Source of the DNA: Candidatus Latescibacterota bacterium
GTDB taxonomy: Bacteria; Latescibacterota; UBA2968; GCA-2709665
Direction of reading: 5' to 3'
Length of the DNA stretch: 64,000 nucleotides
Assembly (NCBI GenBank): GCA_965205485.1
Contig: OZ242180.1
Coordinates: forward strand, 4,256,001-4,320,000
Positions 7,583-17,277 of this stretch are shown here, one piece after another. The position numbers were made by a program, and so were the translations under genes. The notes under the pieces are model-generated. The model saw only the letters and a list, made by a program, of their open reading frames with translations, did no database searches and was not told the origin of the DNA. How positions within the stretch are numbered: the first letter of the stretch is position 1; the number at the start of each line of letters is the position of its first letter.

Positions 7583-8803
7583 TCAATCCTCAATCACGAC
7601 GTCCAGCAGTCCATTGGCCTCCCTGAGCGCCGTTTCCACCGCCTCGGGCGTCCTCCCGCGCGCGAAGATGAACCCCAGATACCGGTCTCCTTCGGGCAGC
7701 GGCTGAACGGTCTGCCCCCTTGGAACCGTGATCACGACGTCCAGAATTCCCGGCATACGCCGTGCACGTGCCGTCCCGCGCACCTGCCGAAGCGTTCCCG
7801 GCTTCGGCACCGGAAGCATGATCACTCCCGCCGCCGTATCCTCCCGGAGTAAATCGCCCGGAGCTCGACCCGCTGCCTGGCGCAGGATCAGTTCTTCCAG
7901 CGACACGCCCGCGCCGAAGCGCAATACCCGCGAACACAGCCCGCCAATGGATCGCGCCGCGATTTCCACCACGTGGATGCCACGCGCGTTCAGCCGTAAT
8001 TCCGCGTGTACCGGCCCCACGGTCAATCCCAGGGCCGTTGCGGCCTGTTGCGCGGCGACGCTTATCCGCGCCTGATCGCAATCTGATAGCCGGGACGGCG
8101 TAATGTACAGCGTCTCGGCGAAATATGGACCGCAGAGCGGGTCCGGTTTATCGAACAACGCGAGGGTGTGAAGCTCACCGTCGACAAGCAATCCCTCCAG
8201 CGCGACTTCCCGGCCGGGAATGTAGTCCTCCACCAGAATAGCCTCGGGCAAGCAATCTTCGGATCCCGAAATCATCCCCAGAATTCGATTGAAAGCAGCT
8301 ACGAAATCCGCCTCCTGGTCCGCCCGAATTACGCCGCGGCTCGCCGAGAGAGAAACGGGCTTCAATACGCACGGATAGTCGACGGTTGCGGCCGCTTCCG
8401 CCGGTTCGTCCCGAATTGAAAAAAGCCTGAACCCTGGCGAGGGCAGGCCTTTTTCGGCAAGCATCCGGCGCATCACGTGTTTGTAACGGGACGCCCGGAC
8501 GGACGAAACCGGATTGTGCGGCAGTCCAAGCGCCTCACAGGCCATCGCGGCGAGAACGACGGTCTCGTCGTCGACGCCGACCACCGCCCGGACGGGGTAT
8601 TCCTTCGAATGGGCGACGATCTTGCCGACCGATACTGCCGGCCTGGTGAAGTCCAGCGCGAGCGTCTTTCCGGGCGTCAGGCTCGCCAGCGCCTGGCGGC
8701 GGTCCGATCCAACGACCACGGCAACGTTAAGTGCAGCCGCCGCGGCCATGAAATCGCGGGTACGGTAGGTCGAAGTCGGAATAAGCAGCAGAAGCCGGTC
8801 CAT
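7583..8803 (-). CDS. ATP-grasp domain protein
   Basis: YPCVLKPVSLSASRGVIRAD, LVEDYIPGREVALEG, HAELR..EIAARSIGG. Confidence 0.9.
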   Translation of the reverse strand: MDRLLLLIPTSTYRTRDFMAAAAALNVAVVVGSDRRQALASLTPGKTLALDFTRPAVSVGKIVAHSKEYPVRAVVGVDDETVVLAAMACEALGLPHNPVSSVRASRYKHVMRRMLAEKGLPSPGFRLFSIRDEPAEAAATVDYPCVLKPVSLSASRGVIRADQEADFVAAFNRILGMISGSEDCLPEAILVEDYIPGREVALEGLLVDGELHTLALFDKPDPLCGPYFAETLYITPSRLSDCDQARISVAAQQAATALGLTVGPVHAELRLNARGIHVVEIAARSIGGLCSRVLRFGAGVSLEELILRQAAGRAPGDLLREDTAAGVIMLPVPKPGTLRQVRGTARARRMPGILDVVITVPRGQTVQPLPEGDRYLGFIFARGRTPEAVETALREANGLLDVVIED

Positions 8804-8849
8804 GGCCGACCCAGTCTTGGCAGCCCGTTGGAAAAGCCCATCCGGACTG

Positions 8850-9251
8850 CTACGCGCTCACGTCGTCGTCGCCGGAATTGGTGTCGGCTTCCGCATCGGC
8901 TTTCTTCCGGTCTCGTTTCTCCTTCAAGGCTTTCACTTTCGACAAGAGGTCGGGCGCCAGATCCAATAACCCCTTGATGGAGCCTTCCTTTTCCTGGACG
9001 GGAAGAATCTGGGCCTTTCCGTCTTGAATCACGACAAATGCCATGGGTTCCACGGATGCCCCGCCGCCGGTGCCGCTCCCGCTGCCGTCCGACTTGTCCC
9101 CGCCGCCACCCGCGCCGAACCCGAACGAAATCCTGGAGACGGGCACCACGACGGTGCCCCCGATATCGATTGGCTCCCCGACGACCGTCTCGGCCTTGAC
9201 GATTTGCCTGAATTCCGTCATCACCGTCCTGATGAGATCCTCAACTGACAT
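8850..9251 (-). CDS. GerW/YtfJ-family protein
   Basis: ETVVGEPI..VPVSRISFGFGAGGG..GGGASVEPMAFVV; ATG 9251 after GGAGG. Confidence 0.88.
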   Translation of the reverse strand: MSVEDLIRTVMTEFRQIVKAETVVGEPIDIGGTVVVPVSRISFGFGAGGGGDKSDGSGSGTGGGASVEPMAFVVIQDGKAQILPVQEKEGSIKGLLDLAPDLLSKVKALKEKRDRKKADAEADTNSGDDDVSA

Positions 9252-9275
9252 AATCCCTCCTTGAAGCCCGCTCAC

Positions 9276-9974
9276 TCAACCCGTGGCGCCAGCGCCGATA
9301 ATGTCCTGGTCGGACCGCTTCCGGTTGCGTCGTTCCGAAACCCATGCGAGCGCAACGCGCCATCCGAGACAGACGGAGGCCAACAGGAGCCTGTGGGGAT
9401 AGATCTGGATTTCCACCCGGCCTTCCCCGTCCAGCCGCTGTGTCTGGAAATCGGGTATCACGTGGACGCTTCCCGTTGCACCGGCCAGAGACGATCCGGC
9501 CACGATGCATCCGTAAACCTGTCCGGTCGTGGCCGGATCGGATGCGCCGAACGTTATCTTGCATTCAATGCGACGAAGACGGAAGCCGTTCAGAAAACGC
9601 AACGCGGAACGCCGCAAGGGCAACGTCAGGTTTTTTAAACGCCTTCCGGCCCGCACGAGCCGTTCAACCTTTGCCGAAAACCTGTCAGAAACCTCCGCTT
9701 CCGCCCTGCGCGTTGCGTCAGGTCGCCTTTTCTTCTTCCTGCCTCTTCCCGTTCTCAATCGCGCAACCCAAACCGTCCACCAGCCCAGAATCGCGCCCGC
9801 ACGCCAACCGCCGTCAGTGTAGAAAAGCCGGATACCCGCCAGACCGATCCACGGCCTCAAGCGGATGTCCAGGGTCGGACCACACCCTGAACCGTTTTCG
9901 CCGTACACCCGGAGACGCATCGGCGCGAGGACGATCAGGAAGCACAAAAACAACAAGAGCAGGAGGAAATCCAT
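9276..9974 (-). CDS. DUF2953/YtfI-like membrane-anchored protein
   Basis: Hydrophobic N-terminus; FGASDPATTGQVYG..VIPDF motif; adjacent to ytfJ-like gene. Confidence 0.7.
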   Translation of the reverse strand: MDFLLLLLFLCFLIVLAPMRLRVYGENGSGCGPTLDIRLRPWIGLAGIRLFYTDGGWRAGAILGWWTVWVARLRTGRGRKKKRRPDATRRAEAEVSDRFSAKVERLVRAGRRLKNLTLPLRRSALRFLNGFRLRRIECKITFGASDPATTGQVYGCIVAGSSLAGATGSVHVIPDFQTQRLDGEGRVEIQIYPHRLLLASVCLGWRVALAWVSERRNRKRSDQDIIGAGATG

Positions 9975-10163
9975 ATGACCAACTCCTTATAACTGTTTCA
10001 CTTACGATCAATATGCACATTGCCTTCCGATTGTCAAGCGATTTATATGTTGATCGGCGCGTCTCATCCGATATATTAAAAAGCGCGGTGCCGACTGGCG
10101 AGCGCGAGGCAACCGAGTTTCCGGCCTCAACTGAATCGGCGTCAATTCAACAGGAGCGCGCCT

Positions 10164-12020
10164 GTGCAGAAAAATCCGATGGACATGATAAAAAAAATCA
10201 AGGTCTGGGTCGCCGCGGGCGATCTGTCGGAAGCTGCCGGAGAGCACGCCGCGCTCTGGCTTACCGACCCCCGATTCGCGGCTTCAATGGAGGAAATCAA
10301 GAGCCTGATCCGTGCCGGAGATCTGAACGAACTTGAAGACGCCTTTCGAACGAGGATCGAGTTCGGCACCGGTGGCATTCGCGGCCCGATGGGGCCGGGC
10401 CCGAACCGCATCAACCTGCGCACTGTCGGCGAAGCCGCACAGGGTATTGCCCGGTACGTTCTTAAATCCGGGTCCGATGCGCCGCGCCGCGGCGTGGTCA
10501 TCGCTCACGACACACGGAACAACTCACGAGCCTACGCCAAGGAGCTGGCGACTGTTCTTGCCGGCAACGGCATCCGCGCCAGTATCTTCGAAGGCTGTCG
10601 GTCCTCGCCTGAACTTTCGTTTGCGGTCAGGTCGACCAACGCGGCGGCCGGCGTAGTGATCAGCGCCAGCCACAATCCCCCGGGCGACAATGGCATCAAG
10701 GTGTACTGGTCCGACGGAGGCCAGGTCGTACCCCCTCACGACAGCAACATCATCGCCGAGGTCAACGCCGTATCCGAGGTCAGGAAACTCGACTTCGATC
10801 AGGCGGTTGAACGGGACCTTATCGGAATCCTGGATCGCACGGTCGACACCCGTTACCATCGTGAGCTGGCCAGCCTGACTCTCAGGCCCGCACGCCGGAT
10901 CCGGGTGGTCTACACCCCACTGCACGGCGTGGGATTGACGTCGGTATTGCCGGCGCTGGAAATCCTCGGCTATAAGGATTTGCACGTCGTCCAGTCGCAG
11001 GCGAAACCGGACGGCAACTTTCCCGCGGTTCCCGGCGGCGTCGCCAACCCCGAAGACCCGCGCGCGCTGGCGGTGGCCGTCCGGGAAGCCGCCGAAATTA
11101 ACGCCGATCTGGTCATCGCCAGCGACCCGGATGCGGACCGCCTCGGCTGCGCCGTACCGGATTCCAGCGCCGGGTGGAACGCACCCCTCGAGGATCTGGC
11201 GCTCAACGGCAATCAGATCGGCGCTGTTCTGTGCCATTACATCCTGGAATCAAAAAAAAACCGCCGGGAGTTGCCCGCCGACGGATTTGTCGCAAAAACG
11301 ATTGTCACGACCGACCTGACCTCCATCATCGCGCGCGCCTTCGGCGCCACGGTCGTGGACGACCTTCTGGTCGGCTTCAAATACATCGGCAGCCTGATCG
11401 ACGATCTTCCAACAGATGCCGAATTCCTTTTCGGCGCCGAAGAAAGCCACGGCTATCTGACGGGTACGTTCACAAGAGACAAGGACGCCGCGGTCGCCGC
11501 CGTACTCCTGTGCGAATGCGCGGCGGCTCTCAAGGCTCGCGGTCGCACCCTACGAGACTACCTGGACGAGATTTATGCGCAATACGGTTACTTCCGAGAA
11601 ATCCAGCAGTCCGTAGTCAGAACCGGAGCACGGGGCAGCCGGGACATCGTTCACGTCATGGAATCCCTGCGCTCAAGGCCGCCTCGGCAGATTGGAGGCC
11701 ACAACATCGTGGAAATCATCGACAGAAGGACCGGGAAGGCGCTTAACCCGCACACCGGGGCCGTCCGAACAATGGACGGTCAGAAGGGCGACGTGATTGC
11801 CTTCACGTTCACCCCCGCGGGCCATACCCGGGTCACCGCCCGACCGTCGGGAACCGAACCCAAAATCAAATACTACGTCTCCGCCGCTTCGGTGGACCAT
11901 CCTCAACTTTCCGGAACCGGTCTGCACGACACGAAAAATGCAATCGACCGGCTGGCGTCGCGGATTCTTTCAGGTATGGTGGACGAGGCCGAGTCACGTC
12001 TCGGTACGGGTAAACCCTGA
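10164..12020 (+). CDS. Phosphoglucomutase/phosphomannomutase (alpha-D-phosphohexomutase)
   Basis: FGTGGIRG, SASHNP phosphoserine loop, DPDADR metal loop, GFKY, AEESHG, RPSGTEPKIK. Confidence 0.95.
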   Translation: MQKNPMDMIKKIKVWVAAGDLSEAAGEHAALWLTDPRFAASMEEIKSLIRAGDLNELEDAFRTRIEFGTGGIRGPMGPGPNRINLRTVGEAAQGIARYVLKSGSDAPRRGVVIAHDTRNNSRAYAKELATVLAGNGIRASIFEGCRSSPELSFAVRSTNAAAGVVISASHNPPGDNGIKVYWSDGGQVVPPHDSNIIAEVNAVSEVRKLDFDQAVERDLIGILDRTVDTRYHRELASLTLRPARRIRVVYTPLHGVGLTSVLPALEILGYKDLHVVQSQAKPDGNFPAVPGGVANPEDPRALAVAVREAAEINADLVIASDPDADRLGCAVPDSSAGWNAPLEDLALNGNQIGAVLCHYILESKKNRRELPADGFVAKTIVTTDLTSIIARAFGATVVDDLLVGFKYIGSLIDDLPTDAEFLFGAEESHGYLTGTFTRDKDAAVAAVLLCECAAALKARGRTLRDYLDEIYAQYGYFREIQQSVVRTGARGSRDIVHVMESLRSRPPRQIGGHNIVEIIDRRTGKALNPHTGAVRTMDGQKGDVIAFTFTPAGHTRVTARPSGTEPKIKYYVSAASVDHPQLSGTGLHDTKNAIDRLASRILSGMVDEAESRLGTGKP

Positions 12021-12052
12021 AACGCTGGCCGCCTGTCACCATGGTCTGATTG

Positions 12053-13119
12053 CTAGAAGATATCGCTCCACCAGTAGAAAGGTCCTTCGCACTCCGGCAG
12101 CGACGCCATCCATTCGGATAGCGATGCATCCGGTTCGGCCGCCTTCTGACCGTACAACGCGCGCCAGAACGCGCCCTCGTCCTCCGGTGCCCCTCCTTGT
12201 GGTTCCCCGTTCAACTTTTCCCGCATTGTTCGCCAGTTGATCCCCTTCAACATCATTTCATCGTGGATACCCCACGTTGCGGTGGAACCAGAGACCGCTT
12301 CGAGCGCACTTGCGAGGCCATGTCCGGCGGGAAGGCTGCCCTCGATCCGCTTCAATCCGTTCTGGCGGGCGCAACCGCAAATCAACTGCGCCAGGTCGAC
12401 AAACGCGCCGTCACCGGAGGCTTGACGCACCCTTCTTTCACCCAGATCCGGTCCTCGGACACGTCGAACGTCGCATAACCGCAAAGTTCAGAATCCACCG
12501 CAACGCCCCACTCAGGGAAGACACCCCGTATTCGCGAGGGTCCGGCGCGCCAGTAGTCTCGCGGTCTCGTTTCCGGGCCGGTCAGACAGCCGGAACTACG
12601 TTCGTAAATCGCCATCACGGCATCCAGGTCGCGGTCGATATCGAGAGCCCGCACGCGCGTGGAAGGCGGATCACCAGCCTCAGACTCGAGATCGATTACA
12701 AACGTCGGCAGCGGGATGGGCGTCCAGCCCAGCGCCTGGTAGAACGGCGTCCCGATAATCGTGAAGAGGAGACCGACGTCGTACCCCGCGTCCAGCATAT
12801 AGGCCTCCGCATTCCGCATCAGCGCGCGCGCATATCCCCTGCCCCGGTAATCGGGATGGGTCAGCACGCTGCCGATACCTCCGGCGCGAATCAAGGAGCC
12901 ACGCACGCGGATTTCCCGGTCCCAGACCCGAAGATGCGCTGCGATTCGCCCGTTTTCCAAGAGAACCCGCGATTGTTCCAGCAGATAACCCGGATCGTCC
13001 CGCACGTACGTCCGGTACCGTTCGAGCGCTGCTTCCCCCTCGTCGGGCCGGAACACCAGCCGCTGGAGCTCCAGCGTCTCCTTGATTTCGTCCTCCCGGA
13101 CGGCTCGAATCTCCATCAT
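12053..13119 (-). pseudogene. GNAT (Eis-like) N-acetyltransferase interrupted by a frameshift near 12425
   Basis: N-part 13119-12382 has IGSVLTHPDYRGRGYA..FYQALGW; a plausible C-part (..GDGAFVDL..FYWWSDIF) continues in another frame to 12053; could be a sequencing error. Confidence 0.7.
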
Positions 13120-13128
13120 CTCTCCCAA

Positions 13129-13338
13129 GAAGTTGTCTTGACATTCCCAGCGGTCTTCGCGCGGCTGCAAAAGCGCCGGTCGGCGTTGGTCAAACCCACC
13201 CGTATCGAGAGGTCGAGGCTGCGCTTGCTCGCCTCTCTTAGGCGGGTTTTCCCGTCGGCGCTGCGCGCCCCTCGCGCCTCATAACCGCCACTTTTTCGCT
13301 CGCGCTCGGGAACTCGCCGGTAAATTTGAAACAGTTTC
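13129..13338 (-). mobile_element. MITE-like palindromic element, copy 2 (210 bp)
   Basis: Arms nearly identical to copy 1 in reverse complement (e.g. CCCAGCGGTCTTCGCGCGGCTGCAAAAGCGCCGGTCGGCGTTGGTCAAACCCACC); flanks CAA/TCA are not a perfect duplication. Confidence 0.85.
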
Positions 13339-13392
13339 TCAGCCTGACTGCGCGGTAGCGATGCATCCAGAGCGATTTGCACTCTTTGTTGC

Positions 13393-14166
13393 TTACACGG
13401 GCGCGAGCCAGCCGCCGTCCACCGGCAACGCCACCCCCGTGATCCACTCCGCGTCGGAGGAGGCGAGGAAGACGCATGCCCGGCCGATATCCCGTGGCAA
13501 TCCGAATCGGGGAAGCGGCGTCCGTTCCAGCGCATCCCGGATCTGTTCCTCGGTCAGATAGTCCTGTATGGCTGTTTCGATATACCCAGGGCACACGGCA
13601 TTCACCGTCACCCCATCGGACGCCACCTCCATCGCCAGATCGCGGGTGAGGTTGACCACGCCGGCTTTCGCGGGCGCGTAGGCCGGCCCCCCTCCACCGC
13701 CAAAGGAATGCACCGACGCGATGTTGATGATCCTCCCGGCCTGAGATAATTTCAGATGAGGAATCGCGGCTTTCGATGCGACGAATACGCCCCGGATGTT
13801 TACGCCTGTCACCCTGTCCCACGACTCCAGCGACAGCGTCTGGCTGTCGCCGGGAATGTGTATACCCGCATTGTTTACCAGAATGTCCAGGCCGCCGTAT
13901 GCGTCTACCGTCCGCTTCACCAGCGCCCCGACGGCGGCGGCGTCGCCCATGTCGGTTTGGACGAATTCCCCTTCACCACCCAGTCGCCGCACCTCCTCAA
14001 GCGTGGTTGTCCGGACTTCCTGTTCGTGATATTTGCCCTGCTTCGGCGCCTCCCGGACGTCGGCCACCACCACCGCCGCCCCCTCTTTGGCGAACTCAAG
14101 GGCGACGCCGCGGCCGATACCGGAACTCCCGCCGGTTACGACGGCAACCCTGTTTGTCAGTACCAT
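13393..14166 (-). CDS. Short-chain dehydrogenase/reductase
   Basis: TGGSSGIG, LVNNAG, YAPAK (YxxxK), VDGG. Confidence 0.95.
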   Translation of the reverse strand: MVLTNRVAVVTGGSSGIGRGVALEFAKEGAAVVVADVREAPKQGKYHEQEVRTTTLEEVRRLGGEGEFVQTDMGDAAAVGALVKRTVDAYGGLDILVNNAGIHIPGDSQTLSLESWDRVTGVNIRGVFVASKAAIPHLKLSQAGRIINIASVHSFGGGGGPAYAPAKAGVVNLTRDLAMEVASDGVTVNAVCPGYIETAIQDYLTEEQIRDALERTPLPRFGLPRDIGRACVFLASSDAEWITGVALPVDGGWLAPV

Positions 14167-14282
14167 TGAGGCCCTCCATTTCAATCGATTCACGAGCATC
14201 GGAGCAATTGGAGGCTTGCATTCGGCCGCCTTAGCGACCCTTCCCGCCGAATCCTCACGTTCGATTCTCCATTATCGGGGAA

Positions 14283-15785
14283 TCAACTCGAGACCCAGAT
14301 GGGACTTGCCCACGCCCACTGGTTATTCTCCTGCACCACCCGAACGTAATAGAAGTCGGTCTCGTACTCCCGCTCTGCATCTTCAAAAACAAGCGTCGTC
14401 CGCAGCCGGGCCTCGGGAACCGCCCGGTGTACGAGCATCGCCTCGGAACGCCATCCCCTCACGAACTCGCTCCTGGAACCCTCCAGAAGATCCGCCAGCA
14501 GGTATCGACACGTCCTTCCGTTGACATTGAATTCCAGAGCCGCAGCGCGCGGGGCGTTCATTTCCAGGACCAGCGCGTTCGTCCCCCGCAGGTATGGATG
14601 CTCGTTGCCCCGGGTATGTGAAAACCACGCGACGTGCCGGTCATCCTGCGCCACGATCCCGTGAACGGGCTCCTCGCCGGTTGCCGCAATGCCTCCGTCC
14701 GCCGACGGCGCCAGAACGGGATCCCCGGTGAAACATGGTTCCACGGAAAGCAGCCGGCCATCCGACAGGCGCACGCTCGCATCCCACCGAATCCATTCCT
14801 CCTTGTCGCCCCATCCCCATTCCACCCGAACCTTCGCCCGGACCGGGTCGGGCGTCTCCACCCCGGGCGCGGGCCCGAAAATCCTTTTCAGGGGACGGTT
14901 GTTCCTGATGACCTCTATTCGATCCAGCGCATCGGCTCCACTGACGGACACCCGGATTTCGCGGGCGCCGGTCCCCCCGGTTTCCTCGCCCATCGCCGCG
15001 TCGTTGACGGAAAACCGCAGCCCGATGCGATCCCCGGTCACCGCGTAACATCGCCTTGCGCGGATCGAGTCCCAGATCGCCTGCCGGGTGAGTTCCGGCG
15101 CGTACACGCCGGTCCTTCCCTCGCCGTAATGCCCCGGATATCCGCCATGATGATCCGTACCACCCAGAAACCCGAACCGGTGACCCAGCTCGAGTCCGTG
15201 CGCCACAGTGCCCCGATATTGTCTGGGGCCCATGGTGTGGTACATCGGATATGGACCGCCGTCCCGCTCGGACCCGCCGTGCCCGGAGAAGATCTCGACG
15301 GCCGGCGACCGTCGTGAGCTGAAGTGCGACCAGTTGATTCCCCTGAAGCCCGCACCGTAGCCGATGTGGTGGGGGTGGATCATGACATCCTGCCCCTCGA
15401 AGGCCTCATCCAGTTCCTCAAGGCTGTTTCGTTCGACGATTTCACCACAATCGTCCGGATAGTAGACGTTGTGGTCGCCGAAGGCGCAGGAGTGCCACTC
15501 GTAACCCAGAAAGGAGACAAACCGCCCCGGCCGGTTGTGTTTCCGTACCGTTTCCTGCACGCGCGGCCAGTTTCGCCTCAGCCGGTCGAAACCCTCCCGG
15601 TGGTAATCGATAATGAAGCCGTGACGTTCCCGATCGACCGGCATGTCGTGCCAGGTTGCGTGCCCCACCACCGAACAGAAGTCCAGATGCTCGTTCGCCA
15701 GCCTGAACGCCCTTTCGAGACTGCCGTAGCCATAACTGATCGCACAGTGCGCGTGGAGGTCACCCCAATACAGCGAATCTTCCAT
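14283..15785 (-). CDS. DUF3604-like PHP-domain metallohydrolase
   Basis: YWGDLHAHCAISYG, GYEW, HPHH, GGTDHH, RRCYAVTG, AWASPIWV. Confidence 0.75.
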   Translation of the reverse strand: MEDSLYWGDLHAHCAISYGYGSLERAFRLANEHLDFCSVVGHATWHDMPVDRERHGFIIDYHREGFDRLRRNWPRVQETVRKHNRPGRFVSFLGYEWHSCAFGDHNVYYPDDCGEIVERNSLEELDEAFEGQDVMIHPHHIGYGAGFRGINWSHFSSRRSPAVEIFSGHGGSERDGGPYPMYHTMGPRQYRGTVAHGLELGHRFGFLGGTDHHGGYPGHYGEGRTGVYAPELTRQAIWDSIRARRCYAVTGDRIGLRFSVNDAAMGEETGGTGAREIRVSVSGADALDRIEVIRNNRPLKRIFGPAPGVETPDPVRAKVRVEWGWGDKEEWIRWDASVRLSDGRLLSVEPCFTGDPVLAPSADGGIAATGEEPVHGIVAQDDRHVAWFSHTRGNEHPYLRGTNALVLEMNAPRAAALEFNVNGRTCRYLLADLLEGSRSEFVRGWRSEAMLVHRAVPEARLRTTLVFEDAEREYETDFYYVRVVQENNQWAWASPIWVSS

Positions 15786-15874
15786 CTATCGGTCACCAGT
15801 GGTTTGTATGCCGGTCTCGCCGCGGTCGAATCCGACAGGGAAGCCGTTACCCCGCGCAGGCCGGCTTTCGTACA

Positions 15875-17074
15875 CTACGACCGCCGAAGCACGGCTGCGA
15901 TCGATTCACAGAGATAGTCGATGTTCGCCTCGGTGATTCCAGCGACGTTTATCCGCCCCGAACCCACCATATAGATCGCGTATTCCTCCCGCAGGGCGTC
16001 CACTTGCCGGCCGGTCAACCCCGAAAATGAGAACATCCCCCGCTGCCGGGCGATAAAGGAAAAATCGCGACGAACGCCCTTCCTCTCCAGGGTATCCACG
16101 AATAGCGCCCTCATTCGATTGATCCGGTTCCTCATCTGGGCCACTTCGTCCTCCCACTGCGGGCGAAGTCCGGAGTCATTCAGCACCTCCGTCACGATGG
16201 CCGCACCGTGGGCCGGTGGATTCGAGTAGTTGGCCCGGATACAGATCAACACCTGGCTCATCAGCGCGTTGGCCGCCTCCGGAGTGGATGCCACGACGGT
16301 AAGCGCGCCGACACGCTCGTTATACAGGCCGAAATTCTTCGAAAACGAACTGGACACCATCAACTCGGCGCCCGATCGGCAAAACGCCATCAGTCCCCGT
16401 CTGTCCCGCTCGAGCCCATCCCCCAGCCCATGATAGGCAAAATCCACCAGAGGGATCCATCCGCGCGCGCCTGCCACATCCGCGAGCTCCTCCCATTGTT
16501 CGGGTGTGGGATCGATCCCGGTGGGATTGTGACAACAGCCGTGCAACAGTACGACATCCCCCTCTGGGACGATTTTCAAGGCATCGCGCATCGCGTCGAA
16601 ATCGAGATCGTTCGTCTCCTTCTCGAAATAAGGATACGTTTCAACGGCCACCCCGGCGTGTGCGTAGATATTGGGATGGTTCGCCCAGGTCGGATCGCTC
16701 AGCCAGATTTTCGCCTGCGGATACAGCTTGTGGACGAAGTCGCCTGCAACGCGCAGTCCACCGGTCCCCCCAGGCGCGTGAACCGTGGCCGCCCGTTGTC
16801 CGGTGACGATTTCGTGCTCCGGTCCGAACAACAGGGCCTGTACTGCCGCCGCATATTCGGGCGCGCCCGAAATCAGCAGATAGTCCTTTGTGGTCTGCCG
16901 TTCGAGGATCCGGGTTTCCGCACGCTGTACGGAGTTGAAAACGGGCGTGTTGCCGTCGCCGTCCTTGTAGACACCCACGCCGAGGTTGATTCGATCGGGG
17001 TTCGTATCCTGTTTGTACGCCGCGGTCAACCCCAGTATCGGGTCCGCGGGCGCCGTCTCGAGCGTTTCGAACAT
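15875..17074 (-). CDS. aspC: Aspartate/aromatic amino acid aminotransferase (class I)
   Basis: DPILGL, NLGVGVYKD, HGCCHNPTG, SFSKNFGLYNERVG, GRINVAG. Confidence 0.93.
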   Translation of the reverse strand: MFETLETAPADPILGLTAAYKQDTNPDRINLGVGVYKDGDGNTPVFNSVQRAETRILERQTTKDYLLISGAPEYAAAVQALLFGPEHEIVTGQRAATVHAPGGTGGLRVAGDFVHKLYPQAKIWLSDPTWANHPNIYAHAGVAVETYPYFEKETNDLDFDAMRDALKIVPEGDVVLLHGCCHNPTGIDPTPEQWEELADVAGARGWIPLVDFAYHGLGDGLERDRRGLMAFCRSGAELMVSSSFSKNFGLYNERVGALTVVASTPEAANALMSQVLICIRANYSNPPAHGAAIVTEVLNDSGLRPQWEDEVAQMRNRINRMRALFVDTLERKGVRRDFSFIARQRGMFSFSGLTGRQVDALREEYAIYMVGSGRINVAGITEANIDYLCESIAAVLRRS

Positions 17075-17277
17075 CCTCTTTCCTTTCCAGGTTTTGGCTG
17101 TGAGCTTGCCGGATAACACCAGGTTGACGTTCGTTGTGAATGACGATTGACTGCGGTCTGCAACCCCGGCAGACCACCCTGCCTGACGTCAGGGTGGACC
17201 GGTATCGATTCTTCAACCGTGCATTGGGCGACACCGGTAAGATCGGGGTTCCGCCGACTCGCGCCCCTGTCGAGCGC

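Noticed and set aside
7515..7706. 63-aa Ser/Thr-rich ORF after the radical SAM gene as a possible RiPP precursor
   Set aside because: GTG start without a clear RBS and mostly antisense to the ATP-grasp gene; no leader or core pattern.
13116..13822. ORFs 13116-13535, 13238-13822 and the GNAT extension to 13170
   Set aside because: MITE-derived or off-frame to the SDR gene; no protein motifs.
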